Below are positions 1-8,599 of a stretch of 36,325 nt of DNA, piece by piece. A program made the position numbers and the translations under genes. The stretch lies in the IMG/VR virus record IMGVR_UViG_2711768053_000014, positions 1 through 36,325 of that record; one strand, 5' to 3'. The stretch comes from a virus (lineage: Duplodnaviria > Heunggongvirae > Uroviricota > Caudoviricetes). Under the pieces are notes generated by a model. That model ran no database searches. It had not been told where the DNA came from and worked only from the letters and a program-made list of their open reading frames with translations. The first letter of the stretch is position 1. Each line of letters opens with the position of its first letter.

Positions 1-707
1 ACTCTGAATAGCTTGGTGTTTAGGCGCTTTTTTGCGCGCTTATTCAGGAATCTGATGTAGCGATACTGATTAAATTTGTGTACCACGGCCCGCTCCTTAT
101 TAGCCCGTAAATACTCGCCTCGTTGTCCTCCGCGCTTAATCGCGTTCATCGTTATCTCGTGATACCACTCGCCGTCCAGTTCGTAGAACTTGCTTTCGTG
201 GCTGCCTATAAAATCAAAATTCGACGCCTGATATACCACGCCAGCACGTCCGCAGCGTTCGTCTGCAAAGGACTGAACCCACTCCACTGACGGGTACAGT
301 AACCTGATGGTTTTCAGCGCGTAGCTGATGGCCCGTGATTCAGAGTTGCGGGGCATGTCGTCGTGTAGCCACATGCGGTTCAGTTCCATATAGCCCCGGT
401 TATCCGTTTCAAGCACGACCCGACGCCCTGAGTTGGGGTTAAGGGCATATCCCCACTGAAGAACGCCAACCAGATCACGTCCGCTGAATACGCCCAGATG
501 CAGGTAGGAGTTATTCACAAAACGGCGGGAATAGTGCTTTGTCTGAATGATTGTGCGGGCCAGCCAGCAGGATATGGTTTCAACGCGCAGCTCCTTTGAA
601 CCATAGCCGACAATCCGGTCTTCATACTCAATAACGCAGGGTTTTGTCAGAATGCGTGATTTCTTCTCTTTTCCCACAATACAGCTCCGTGGGATGCTCT
701 TTGGCAT
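1..707 (-). CDS. mom: DNA modification protein Mom (partial, C-terminus beyond window start)
   Basis: Open frame with no stop from the ATG at 707 to the window edge (not in ORF track because no stop in window); translation ...[51 protein letters not shown]... reads as Mu Mom; overlaps the 3-prime end of com in another frame as in Mu. Exact start uncertain (ATG at 707 or a downstream alternative start). Confidence 0.8.
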   Translation of the reverse strand, partial: MPKSIPRSCIVGKEKKSRILTKPCVIEYEDRIVGYGSKELRVETISCWLARTIIQTKHYSRRFVNNSYLHLGVFSGRDLVGVLQWGYALNPNSGRRVVLETDNRGYMELNRMWLHDDMPRNSESRAISYALKTIRLLYPSVEWVQSFADERCGRAGVVYQASNFDFIGSHESKFYELDGEWYHEITMNAIKRGGQRGEYLRANKERAVVHKFNQYRYIRFLNKRAKKRLNTKLFR

Positions 708-813
708 TCGATATGACAATGTAACGTTTACAGCGAGGGCATTTAATTTCTATATGCTTAAAACCTCCTTTAAACAGTAATTTATTGCAGTTTTTACAGC
801 GAACAGAGTCCAT
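628..813 (-). CDS. com: Com, zinc-finger translational activator of mom
   Basis: ORF track 628..840; CxxC...CxxC motif ([10 protein letters not shown]...IKCPRCKRY) and close resemblance to Mu Com; the second in-frame ATG (813) has an AGGGGGA Shine-Dalgarno and gives 61 aa, close to the ~62 aa I recall for Mu Com; sits directly upstream of and overlapping mom. Confidence 0.8.
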   Translation of the reverse strand: MDSVRCKNCNKLLFKGGFKHIEIKCPRCKRYIVISNAKEHPTELYCGKREEITHSDKTLRY

Positions 814-840
814 GATTCCCCCTGTGTAATAATCAGACAT

Positions 841-936
841 GAGCGCCCGGAGGGCTGGGGGTATTTAATCACAACCGATGCAAACCGACGATCGATATGA
901 TGCTATCGATCGTCATAAACTATACAAACTGATTAT
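841..936 (-). promoter_or_regulatory. Candidate mom-operon promoter/regulatory region with Dam-site inverted repeat
   Basis: Intergenic between the chaperone stop (937) and com; perfect 11-bp inverted repeat GACGATCGATA-(6 nt)-TATCGATCGTC at ~887..914 holding two GATC sites. Mu's mom promoter is regulated through upstream GATC methylation (established knowledge); assignment here is by position and motif only. Confidence 0.5.
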
Positions 937-1512
937 TTAATCACCGACAGTTAACGCTCTCACCTCGTCCAGTATGGACAGCCGGGAAAGCTGCTCCTTC
1001 ATTTCACGCTGGCGCTGATAAATCCCGTCATTGCGATCGAGCTGCGCCTGCGCCATTGCTACCGCCAGTTCTTCCAGTTCCGACATTGACAGTTTCACCT
1101 GTTGATTATTGGCGTCACCCCACGCAAGGGCGGTTCTTGCCGTATCGGATTTCGCCGCCATTACTACCGGATAAAGACGGGCCAGTGAGTCGGGGCCAGC
1201 ATTCCAGGGGCGGCCGTTCCATTCGAACGTGAACGGCTGCGCCTCCTGTTCTGTGCGCCACGCCTCGATTTCCATCTTTTTGGCATCTTTTGCCGCTGCG
1301 ATAAGTTCAGGCGTGACTGTAAACGGGGCGATTTCACCCCATTTGCCGCTCTGTAACTCTTCCCAGATGCGCTGGCCTGTCATTGCGGTATCATCCTGCA
1401 TGGCGGTATACGGGACGAATTCCGTTTCACCTTCAAATAACACCTCGCAGTCAACCGCACCATTTTCGAGATAATGGGCATTTCTGATGCCTTTTATCGC
1501 TCTGATTTTCAT
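937..1512 (-). CDS. Putative tail fibre assembly/chaperone protein (by position downstream of fibre gene)
   Basis: 191-aa ORF immediately downstream of the 1035-aa fibre gene; no recognisable similarity to lambda Tfa from memory, so the call rests on synteny. Confidence 0.4.
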   Translation of the reverse strand: MKIRAIKGIRNAHYLENGAVDCEVLFEGETEFVPYTAMQDDTAMTGQRIWEELQSGKWGEIAPFTVTPELIAAAKDAKKMEIEAWRTEQEAQPFTFEWNGRPWNAGPDSLARLYPVVMAAKSDTARTALAWGDANNQQVKLSMSELEELAVAMAQAQLDRNDGIYQRQREMKEQLSRLSILDEVRALTVGD

Positions 1513-1526
1513 GTCTTATTTCCCCG

Positions 1527-4500
1527 TTACTCGATACGCACAAAAAGACCAATATAGCCACGTTTTGTATCGTGATTACTGCGTGACCCCGAAAGCGCCA
1601 TATAACGACCGGGAAAGTTGTATGCACTGGCACCACCAATTGCCACTTGCGGTGTGGATACGTATGTCCCTGTATCGCTAACTGAAGCACTCATAGCCAG
1701 AGGGCCAAGACGGGAACCCGGCACAATATCACCGAGTCCCAGAGACACATCAGCACCAAAACTTTCCCCCTGATATGCCGCCATAACCGGCACACCAACT
1801 GCCGGATATTTGTAATATGAGCCTGAGCCTGCTGTCCGGGAGAGTAAGAACGCCAGCGAATCGCCGTCGTAAATGACAGGGCTTACTGTTGCATTCCAGT
1901 TGTTTCCACTCCAGCGGTAAGTCAGGCGATGAATGCTGTGTTCGCCTTCGTAATACTGGTTAAAACACAGCAACGTTTTGAATTTACGCGTTGTGTCCGA
2001 TTCATCGTTATCAAAGGGCGACCACATCACATCAATGATGCCGTTAAATTTCGTGGTGCCAGCCAGCAGCGTGGAAGAGTCCGCAATACTGACCGCATAA
2101 CGCCCCGGGGTGGCCTCTTTCAGCCATTCAGCAAAATCAGCCTGTCCGGTAAATGTCAGGGCGTCGGTGCTGGCAAATGCCTGACCGAATCCGTACATGC
2201 CGGACAGTGCCAGTCTGCCCGGCGTGCGGTCGCGGATATCGCTCTGGGGTTCCATCGTAGCAGCCGCTTTCAGTTCAAGCTCCGTGCGCATGGCTTCAGG
2301 TGTGTCCAGTGCCAGTAATGCGCGGGCTTTTTCTGACAACTGCGCCAGTAAAATCCTGCCATCTGCACTGAAATAAGGCAGTGTATTTTCTTCCGGTGTT
2401 ATCTGGCTGACAGCCGTTAACACGTCATTAAGCGGCTGTTTACCTGCCAGTGCATTAGTGACGGTTGTCGCAAAGTTCGGGTCATTGCCCAGTGCCGATG
2501 CCAGCTCGTTCAGTGTGTCCAGGGCTTCCGGTGATGAGCCAACCAGCGCGGCAAGCAGTTTGCGGACAAACTCCGCATTGGCTATTTCATTACCTGCTGC
2601 ATCATCCGGTGGTGTTGGCGTGGACGGCGTTCCGGTCAGTGCCGGGCTGTTCAGTGGCGCGCGGGTTTCAATCAGTGCCCGGAGTGAAGCCTCGTTGACT
2701 TTCAGGTTTTCCCAGCCAACCAGATAACCATCTCCGGTAGTCCAGTAGCGATTGTAATAAATATGGCCGTTAATACCGTAAAAAATAATGATTTTGGCCA
2801 CATATGCCGGATTGGGATTGGGTTGAGATTCCGGCCAGATAATTTCAACGGTACCCTTGAACAGCACGCCCTGTATTACCGCATTTGTATCTGCATAAAC
2901 GGCATAGCGTCCGGGTTTTGCCGTTTTTACCCAGCGGAGAAAATCGGCCTCTGTTTTAAACTCGGTCCTGTCGCCGCTGGAAAATACTTTCCCGAATCCA
3001 AACATGCCGGGAATCGCCAGTCGACCTTCGGTGCGGTCGTAAATATTCTCCTGTGCATCCTTCTGTGCTGCATTGCCAAGTTGTAGCGTCAGATTCGTCC
3101 AGGTGACCGGGGCGGAGATATTATCGCCACGAACGGTCATGAGAATCCGTCCGTCTTTTCCAAAAAACAGAACCAGCTTTGTTGCTGTCTGGCTTGTTTT
3201 GTCGCCCCAGCCATTATCCAGCCAGATAATTTCTGTTATTCCGGTCGTCTCTTCCGTTTGTGTGGAAAAGGTGTAATACCGTCCCGGGTGCAGGTTGTGC
3301 GCAGTTCTGGCTACAGTCGCCATATCGCTGGCAATAATTGAACGCGCTCCGGCGTCCGTCATTCCGTAACCAAATGCACCAGGCAGCGCAACACGGCCTT
3401 CCGAGCTGTCGTAAAGGTCTGTCTGAATGTCCCTTACCGCTGCGCTTTTCAGCTCAAGCTCATTGCGCATGGTTTCCACTGTGGCCTGTGCCAGCAGTGA
3501 CCGGGCTTTTTCTGACAGTGGAGACAGTGAAGCATTTCCGTCCTGATTAAAGCACAGAAGATTATCTGCCCGTTCTTCCAGATTACTGATTGCGGTTAAC
3601 ACGTCACTGAGTGGTTGTTTACCCGCCAGCGCGTTAATGACCGTCGTCGAAAAGTTCGGATCATTGCCCAGCGCAGCTGCCAGCTCGTTCAGTGTGTCCA
3701 GGGTTTCCGGTGACGAGTCAACCAGTGCGGCGAGCAGTTTGCGGACAAATGCCGCGTTCGCTGTTTCCAGACCGGCAGCATCGTCCGGTGGAGTTGGTGT
3801 GGTGGGCGTACCTGTGAACGCCGGACTGTCCAGCGGCGCTTTTGTTTTCGTCTCGTCCATGACGGTTTTAACAGCCTTTGGTGTGGCTGCCAGTTCTTCG
3901 CTGTCGTTGTCTGTATCACTACAGAGTTGCACCAGGCCTTTTTCTGTTGTGGATGCATTGCTTCCCTTCAGGTCATCAACTATCCGTTGCGCCTCGTCCC
4001 TGTGCTGTTTCGCGTTCTGTTCGCTTTTTGCTGCCGCTTCGGCGCTGGCTTTTGCCTCGCCGGTCAGCGTTGCGGCATCAGCAAGTTTATCGACCGCTTT
4101 CTGGACTATCTTATCGGCATCTTTGACCGCCTGTTCTGCCCGGGCGGCATTCTGGTTTGTTTCAGAGGCCAGCTCTTCAGCTTTCTGCACATTACCCGCA
4201 ATTTCTTCTGCATCCTGCCGTATTTCCCCTGCGAGGGTTTCTGTATCCTGGCGGGCCTGTTCAGCAGCGTCCGCGTGCTCTCCGGCTTTTTCTGCGCTTT
4301 GCTGCGCCTGTTGCGCCAGTTCCTCGAATTTCTTCAGGGCTTCCGGGCGCAGGTCAATATCGGTTGCGCCCAGAAAATCATTCAGCGAACCATCCGCTGA
4401 ATCTTCATAAACGCGGATGACACCGATTTCTGAAAGGCGCTGTGTGCTTTGTGTCAGGCGAACGCTGTACACACCCGGCAGAACGGGGAAGTCATATTCC

Positions 4501-4634
4501 CCGTTCTGTGTGGTGACATGGCTGAAAACACTTTTCAGAATCCCTGCACGGTTGTGCAGGGAGGTCAGTGTAATGGTTGCGCCGCCCAGCGGTTCTCCCG
4601 TGGGCGTTTTAATCACACCTTTAAGCTGCGGCAT
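1527..4634 (-). CDS. Side-tail-fibre-like protein (lambda Stf family), 1035 aa, with internal duplication
   Basis: N-terminus (...IRVYEDSADGSLNDFL...) and the collar block (KGLVQLCSDTDNDSEELAATPKAVKTVMDETKTKAPLDSPAFTGTP...LDTLNELAAALGNDPNFSTTVINALAGKQP) resemble lambda Stf as I recall it; the collar block occurs twice in the protein (about aa 255-345 and 630-715). Confidence 0.8.
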   Translation of the reverse strand: MPQLKGVIKTPTGEPLGGATITLTSLHNRAGILKSVFSHVTTQNGEYDFPVLPGVYSVRLTQSTQRLSEIGVIRVYEDSADGSLNDFLGATDIDLRPEALKKFEELAQQAQQSAEKAGEHADAAEQARQDTETLAGEIRQDAEEIAGNVQKAEELASETNQNAARAEQAVKDADKIVQKAVDKLADAATLTGEAKASAEAAAKSEQNAKQHRDEAQRIVDDLKGSNASTTEKGLVQLCSDTDNDSEELAATPKAVKTVMDETKTKAPLDSPAFTGTPTTPTPPDDAAGLETANAAFVRKLLAALVDSSPETLDTLNELAAALGNDPNFSTTVINALAGKQPLSDVLTAISNLEERADNLLCFNQDGNASLSPLSEKARSLLAQATVETMRNELELKSAAVRDIQTDLYDSSEGRVALPGAFGYGMTDAGARSIIASDMATVARTAHNLHPGRYYTFSTQTEETTGITEIIWLDNGWGDKTSQTATKLVLFFGKDGRILMTVRGDNISAPVTWTNLTLQLGNAAQKDAQENIYDRTEGRLAIPGMFGFGKVFSSGDRTEFKTEADFLRWVKTAKPGRYAVYADTNAVIQGVLFKGTVEIIWPESQPNPNPAYVAKIIIFYGINGHIYYNRYWTTGDGYLVGWENLKVNEASLRALIETRAPLNSPALTGTPSTPTPPDDAAGNEIANAEFVRKLLAALVGSSPEALDTLNELASALGNDPNFATTVTNALAGKQPLNDVLTAVSQITPEENTLPYFSADGRILLAQLSEKARALLALDTPEAMRTELELKAAATMEPQSDIRDRTPGRLALSGMYGFGQAFASTDALTFTGQADFAEWLKEATPGRYAVSIADSSTLLAGTTKFNGIIDVMWSPFDNDESDTTRKFKTLLCFNQYYEGEHSIHRLTYRWSGNNWNATVSPVIYDGDSLAFLLSRTAGSGSYYKYPAVGVPVMAAYQGESFGADVSLGLGDIVPGSRLGPLAMSASVSDTGTYVSTPQVAIGGASAYNFPGRYMALSGSRSNHDTKRGYIGLFVRIE
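2400..2680. repeat. Intragenic direct repeat copy A (~270 bp) within the Stf-like gene
   Basis: About 85-90% identical by eye to 3585..3860; both encode the APL(D/N)SPA(F/L)TGTP...NELA(A/S)ALGNDPNF...ALAGKQP segment; the paired plus-strand artefact ORFs 2458..2727 and 3637..4410 start with near-identical peptides. Confidence 0.7.
3585..3860. repeat. Intragenic direct repeat copy B (~270 bp) within the Stf-like gene
   Basis: See copy A (2400..2680). Confidence 0.7.
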
Positions 4635-5187
4635 CGGGACGCTCCGGCCAGTTGATGGAGTAAAAGGAGGCTTCGTCAGTAACGGTGCTTAAATCCAGTG
4701 CCTTTACCGCTTTGATATATGCCATCCACTGCGTAAGACGGGCTTTATCATCGTCGCTGATGGTGCCCAGCTCCAGCTCGGTTTTCCAGTCGGAGGTGAT
4801 GTCCTTCGCTTCATTCAGCATGCTCTGGCGTTTTTTTTCTGCCAGTCGCGAGTAATCAACAGGAACCGGCAGCACTTCGCCGTCTTTGTAATACCAGCAG
4901 GCTTCAATGCCAAAACCTTCCGGCAGTTCATCCACTTCCACAATGGTGAAGCCAGCCGGATAAAGACGGGACACGTCTTCCGCCATTGAATAAATCACGC
5001 CGCTTTCAGGGTGAATACACAATTTGTATTTCTTCGTGAATTTATCCAGTGATTCATAAAAATCCTGTCCGTCTTCACTGCGGAAATACTGAATATCCTT
5101 ACCATAAGGCATATTTTCCGGGTAATAACGCGTGACGTTTCTGAGTTCCATTATTTTCTCCTTAATTAACCTGATACGGTGCGCCAT
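4621..5187 (-). CDS. Tail fibre assembly protein (Tfa / Mu U-like)
   Basis: 188-aa ORF directly after a fibre gene, with a Tfa-like C-terminal region (...DKARLTQWMAYIKAVKALDLSTV...WPERP); true start may be the internal Met at ~5151 just after the upstream stop. Confidence 0.7.
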   Translation of the reverse strand: MAHRIRLIKEKIMELRNVTRYYPENMPYGKDIQYFRSEDGQDFYESLDKFTKKYKLCIHPESGVIYSMAEDVSRLYPAGFTIVEVDELPEGFGIEACWYYKDGEVLPVPVDYSRLAEKKRQSMLNEAKDITSDWKTELELGTISDDDKARLTQWMAYIKAVKALDLSTVTDEASFYSINWPERPDAAA

Positions 5188-5975
5188 GAACCATTGATAT
5201 AAATCTGCGCGGATTTGTAATACACACCACCGATGTTATCCGCCGAACTTCTCCCCGTATCCTGGACATAAATTCCTGACAACTGACAGCCGGAAGGCGC
5301 GCGAAACGTCCAGGTGATTTCGTTGCCACCGGGATTGTGAAACACCTCATTGGTGTACTGAAAATTACGCACAGCGCCGGAATCTGTGGTGTTGATGGTG
5401 ATATCGCTGGTGCCATCAAACAGCACATTGTTAATCCTGCGGGCCGTCTGAAGCCGGGTTGCCGTTCCGGCGTTGCCACTGATGTTGCTGATGGTGATAT
5501 CCGAAGACAGGGCCATGCCGTTGACCCTGCGGGTATTCGGTACAGCACTATTAGCTTTATTTACCGTGTCACGTAATAAAAGCGCGTCGATAATTTCACC
5601 GGCTGTGTTTTTCCCGAGAATACCGCGCACAAAAGCACTGAGCGGCGTTAATGCCATTGTGTCTTCGCCGGTAAAGTACGGGAATGTATTATTCTGACCG
5701 GTTAATCCGGCAATAGCACTGGCTGAACCACTGTTCGTAATAAACAGTTTTTTCAGCGCCGTCATAATCTGGTTGGTGGTATTTTTATCCGGTTTGATAT
5801 TTGCCTGCCGGAGAATTTCCAGCAGTTCAGACTGAATAATATTAAACCAGTCCGGCCCCGGATAAGTGGGCGGAATACCATTCCCGCCTTCGGTGAAATA
5901 AAGCGTTGTTTTGCTTAATTCAGCCGCGACAGGTGGCATTACCGGCACACCCGTCGGATTATCCACATGAAACAT
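5166..5975 (-). CDS. Tail fibre protein (short, Mu S-like position)
   Basis: 269-aa ORF between the baseplate genes and a Tfa-type chaperone; Ser/Thr/Gly/Asn-rich fibre-like composition (...DITISNISGNAGTATRLQTARRINNVLFDGTSDITINTTDSG...). Confidence 0.6.
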   Translation of the reverse strand: MFHVDNPTGVPVMPPVAAELSKTTLYFTEGGNGIPPTYPGPDWFNIIQSELLEILRQANIKPDKNTTNQIMTALKKLFITNSGSASAIAGLTGQNNTFPYFTGEDTMALTPLSAFVRGILGKNTAGEIIDALLLRDTVNKANSAVPNTRRVNGMALSSDITISNISGNAGTATRLQTARRINNVLFDGTSDITINTTDSGAVRNFQYTNEVFHNPGGNEITWTFRAPSGCQLSGIYVQDTGRSSADNIGGVYYKSAQIYINGSWRTVSG

Positions 5976-5978
5976 AAA

Positions 5979-6563
5979 CTATTCTCCGGTGTAATAATAT
6001 TCATATTCCGTGCCCGCCAGTCGGTAATGCTTCAGCAGGCATTCCAGCTCGCGGGTGCGTTCGCTGATTAATGGCGTCATGACGTCATCAATACAGGTAA
6101 ACCGTCCGGCATCTTTGTCCGGGACTTCCACTTTCAGCAGCCAGCGATACCGCGCCGGATGCAGCGGGTACATGCAGTCACGCAGGCAGTGGTGCGGCAG
6201 AACGGCCGTCACCTTAATGGTGAAGCCCAGCGCCGCCGCAGCGGCTTCAATCTGCCAGGTTGCCAGCCCACCCTTGCGGCGGTATTTCTCCACCACGGCC
6301 CGGCGGCGGGCTTCCGTTGTGGTGGCGGCAATTCCGCATTCCGGCAGCGCCAGATATTGCTCCCACTCCGGCAGCAGCTGGAGCGTGGTTTCCGGTCGCA
6401 TCTCCACATGCAGGCGCGAGGCGTCGTATTCAACGCGGGTTAAACGCTCTGCAAGCGCCCTTAAAAAACGGTTTAAATCTGCATCGTTATCACGCGGCCA
6501 TGCCTTACCCCGTGGCATGACCTGTTGCAGTGCGGTCAGCCATTCCGTCACGCTGTGAGCCAT
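5979..6563 (-). CDS. Tail/baseplate protein (Mu gp48-like)
   Basis: 194-aa ORF in a tightly packed minus-strand operon between the baseplate J-like gene and the fibre gene; Mu gp48-like by position. Confidence 0.6.
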   Translation of the reverse strand: MAHSVTEWLTALQQVMPRGKAWPRDNDADLNRFLRALAERLTRVEYDASRLHVEMRPETTLQLLPEWEQYLALPECGIAATTTEARRRAVVEKYRRKGGLATWQIEAAAAALGFTIKVTAVLPHHCLRDCMYPLHPARYRWLLKVEVPDKDAGRFTCIDDVMTPLISERTRELECLLKHYRLAGTEYEYYYTGE

Positions 6564-7624
6564 GTCACCTCCCCGATGGTGATAAGCTCATCCACATCAC
6601 TGGTGGTGTCTTCCCCGATGTTGAGGAAGTAATCCGTGATACCGGACGTCATACCGATGGCCGTGCGCAGCGAGGACACCGGCAGCATCTGACCGGGGGC
6701 CAGCGTTTTCTGTAATGCGGTCAGGTTTGCCCGGACGGCGTTCCTGTTCGCCTGGCTGTCCGGTGTCAGACGGATGGACAGATCGACTTTCTTCAGCCTG
6801 ACCTGTACCGGCCAGACCTCGATGCCGCCCGGTTTGCCCACCATCACGCCCGTGGCCGGGTGTTTGTGACAGAACAGATACTGCTCCATTGTCTTCAGGT
6901 CGTCCCGTGTGGGGATAATGTCTTCACGGTCATCATAAAGCCATGCCAGCCCGATCGTGCCGGGGCCGTGCCACGCATCCCACGCCCACGCGCGGCTGAC
7001 GCCCGGCACTTCACGCGCCCAGATGACGTAATCATGTAGTGCACCGCCCACCGGGGGATTGCGGCGCACATACAGCAGACGGTCCAGCAGCTCTGCGATG
7101 GATTCGATGTCTGCGCCACCGGTGATGCCACTTTCAGTCACCGCGCCGGTGCTGCCCGTTCCGGGTAGCGGGGACAACAGAGTGAGCACGGCACCGGCAG
7201 CAAGATTGCCCGCCACACCGGCTTCTTCAGCCTGCACGATGACGGTGACCTCGCCGTCCTGTACCTCGCCGGATGTGAGTACCTGATACACCTGATTCGT
7301 GTCGGACTGCATCCGGGTTTCTGCCGGAATGGGGGACTGACTGGTGAAGGTCACCGGCCCGCTGGCAAAGGTGGCCTGCTTGCGGATAACCCCTTCATAC
7401 GTTGCTGTTTTGATAATGGTTTCATCATCAGACATGGTGGACGGGATTATCTGGTCCTTAATCCAGCTCTGATGGTCGTATAAATCCCGGACCTGACTGC
7501 TGAATGACACGTTCAGCGCCTGCTCAATACTGACAGGCGGCAGCTTTTGCAGGCCGAGTTCATACGCAATATCTTTTTCGCCGTCGGCAATCAGTTTGCC
7601 CAGCGTGGGGATTTCATACGGCAT
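6548..7624 (-). CDS. Baseplate J-like protein (Mu gp47-like)
   Basis: ORF track 6548..7657; size, position and operon context fit a baseplate J-family protein; start trimmed to the internal Met at 7624, which reduces overlap with the upstream gene. Confidence 0.7.
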   Translation of the reverse strand: MPYEIPTLGKLIADGEKDIAYELGLQKLPPVSIEQALNVSFSSQVRDLYDHQSWIKDQIIPSTMSDDETIIKTATYEGVIRKQATFASGPVTFTSQSPIPAETRMQSDTNQVYQVLTSGEVQDGEVTVIVQAEEAGVAGNLAAGAVLTLLSPLPGTGSTGAVTESGITGGADIESIAELLDRLLYVRRNPPVGGALHDYVIWAREVPGVSRAWAWDAWHGPGTIGLAWLYDDREDIIPTRDDLKTMEQYLFCHKHPATGVMVGKPGGIEVWPVQVRLKKVDLSIRLTPDSQANRNAVRANLTALQKTLAPGQMLPVSSLRTAIGMTSGITDYFLNIGEDTTSDVDELITIGEVTWLTA

Positions 7625-8066
7625 TAATGGTGGCCTCCCATCGGCGGGTGATTTCAATTGTGAGCGTGGTTTTGTCCGGGCGGGTTAACACCACCTGAAA
7701 GGCAATACGGTCAGGGACGATGATGCTGGCCGTGACGGTGGCGTTACGGGCGTAACCGGCCCGCAGCAGCGGTTGCATGGACAGCCGCGCGTAATCTTCC
7801 ACACGCAGGCGGACATCTTCCGTCAGCTTTTCACGCTCAAGCAGCCACAGGCGGGAACCCCACGAAAAATCGCTGTACGTGTCGCCCGGCCAGCCGCGCG
7901 GGTCGCCAGAGCCGTCAGGAATGACATCATCGTCATCAGCACGGGCATCGGTGAAAAGGCAGATAAGAACCTGAGTGACCAGCCCCTCATCCAGTGAGAG
8001 GCCGTTATGGGTGACGGTGATGTCACCCCGTGAGAGCATGTTATTCCAGCGGATTCCTGTCGTCAT
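7614..8066 (-). CDS. Baseplate protein (Mu gp46-like)
   Basis: 150-aa ORF with overlapping stop/start coupling to its neighbours inside the baseplate cluster. Confidence 0.65.
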   Translation of the reverse strand: MTTGIRWNNMLSRGDITVTHNGLSLDEGLVTQVLICLFTDARADDDDVIPDGSGDPRGWPGDTYSDFSWGSRLWLLEREKLTEDVRLRVEDYARLSMQPLLRAGYARNATVTASIIVPDRIAFQVVLTRPDKTTLTIEITRRWEATINAV

Positions 8067-8599
8067 ACGGGCGGTGATGTATTCTCATTGTCGCCGTCCT
8101 TATGAATGTGTTCGATGAATGATTTACCGTTGATTCTGACATCTTCAGTAAATTCACAGGGACCGACGAATTTCATTTGTTTACCGATAATATTCAGCAA
8201 TTCGTCGGCGGTGAGATTTACCGTTTTCCCTGAAAAGTTTAATTGTTCTCCTGTGATTTCAATAATTCCGCCTTTCCTTAACGTGATATGTGATTTGCCG
8301 TCCTGGTGATACAGCCGGACGTCGCCGGTGGACAAGCCTTTAGGGCGACATCGCTTATCCTCCACCGCGATGGCAACCAGCCCGTCACGCCGTCCGCCCA
8401 CGGCCAGCACGATGGCTTCTGAACCTTCCGGCGGAACGGAAGTAAACCCGTAATTCTGGAAGCGCTCCACATCGTCATCAGTGGCATCTGCCAGCGTCTG
8501 GATTTGCAGGTTCTGTCGCTCCAGACTGTCAGACACCATGCGGACAATGGCACGGTCAACCATCAGCCGCAGACGGCGGGCAATGGCGTTTAATCCCAT
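8063..8599 (-). CDS. Baseplate assembly/spike protein V-like (Mu gp45-like)
   Basis: 178-aa ORF, position and size fit a gpV-type baseplate spike. Confidence 0.65.
   Translation of the reverse strand: MGLNAIARRLRLMVDRAIVRMVSDSLERQNLQIQTLADATDDDVERFQNYGFTSVPPEGSEAIVLAVGGRRDGLVAIAVEDKRCRPKGLSTGDVRLYHQDGKSHITLRKGGIIEITGEQLNFSGKTVNLTADELLNIIGKQMKFVGPCEFTEDVRINGKSFIEHIHKDGDNENTSPPV

Noticed and set aside
887-914. The GATC-containing inverted repeat as a rho-independent terminator of the fibre operon.
   Set aside because: No U-tract follows the stem on the transcribed strand; position immediately upstream of com and the paired GATC sites fit a regulatory site better.
3637-4410. Long plus-strand ORFs antisense to phage structural genes (for example 3637..4410, 13130..13972, 15148..15942, 18191..19069, 20766..21800, 23894..24754).
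   Set aside because: They lie entirely inside well-supported minus-strand genes in GC-rich sequence, have low-complexity Ala/Ser/Arg-rich translations, lack convincing RBS context, and two (2458..2727 and 3637..4410) merely mirror the fibre-gene duplication; treated as antisense artefacts.
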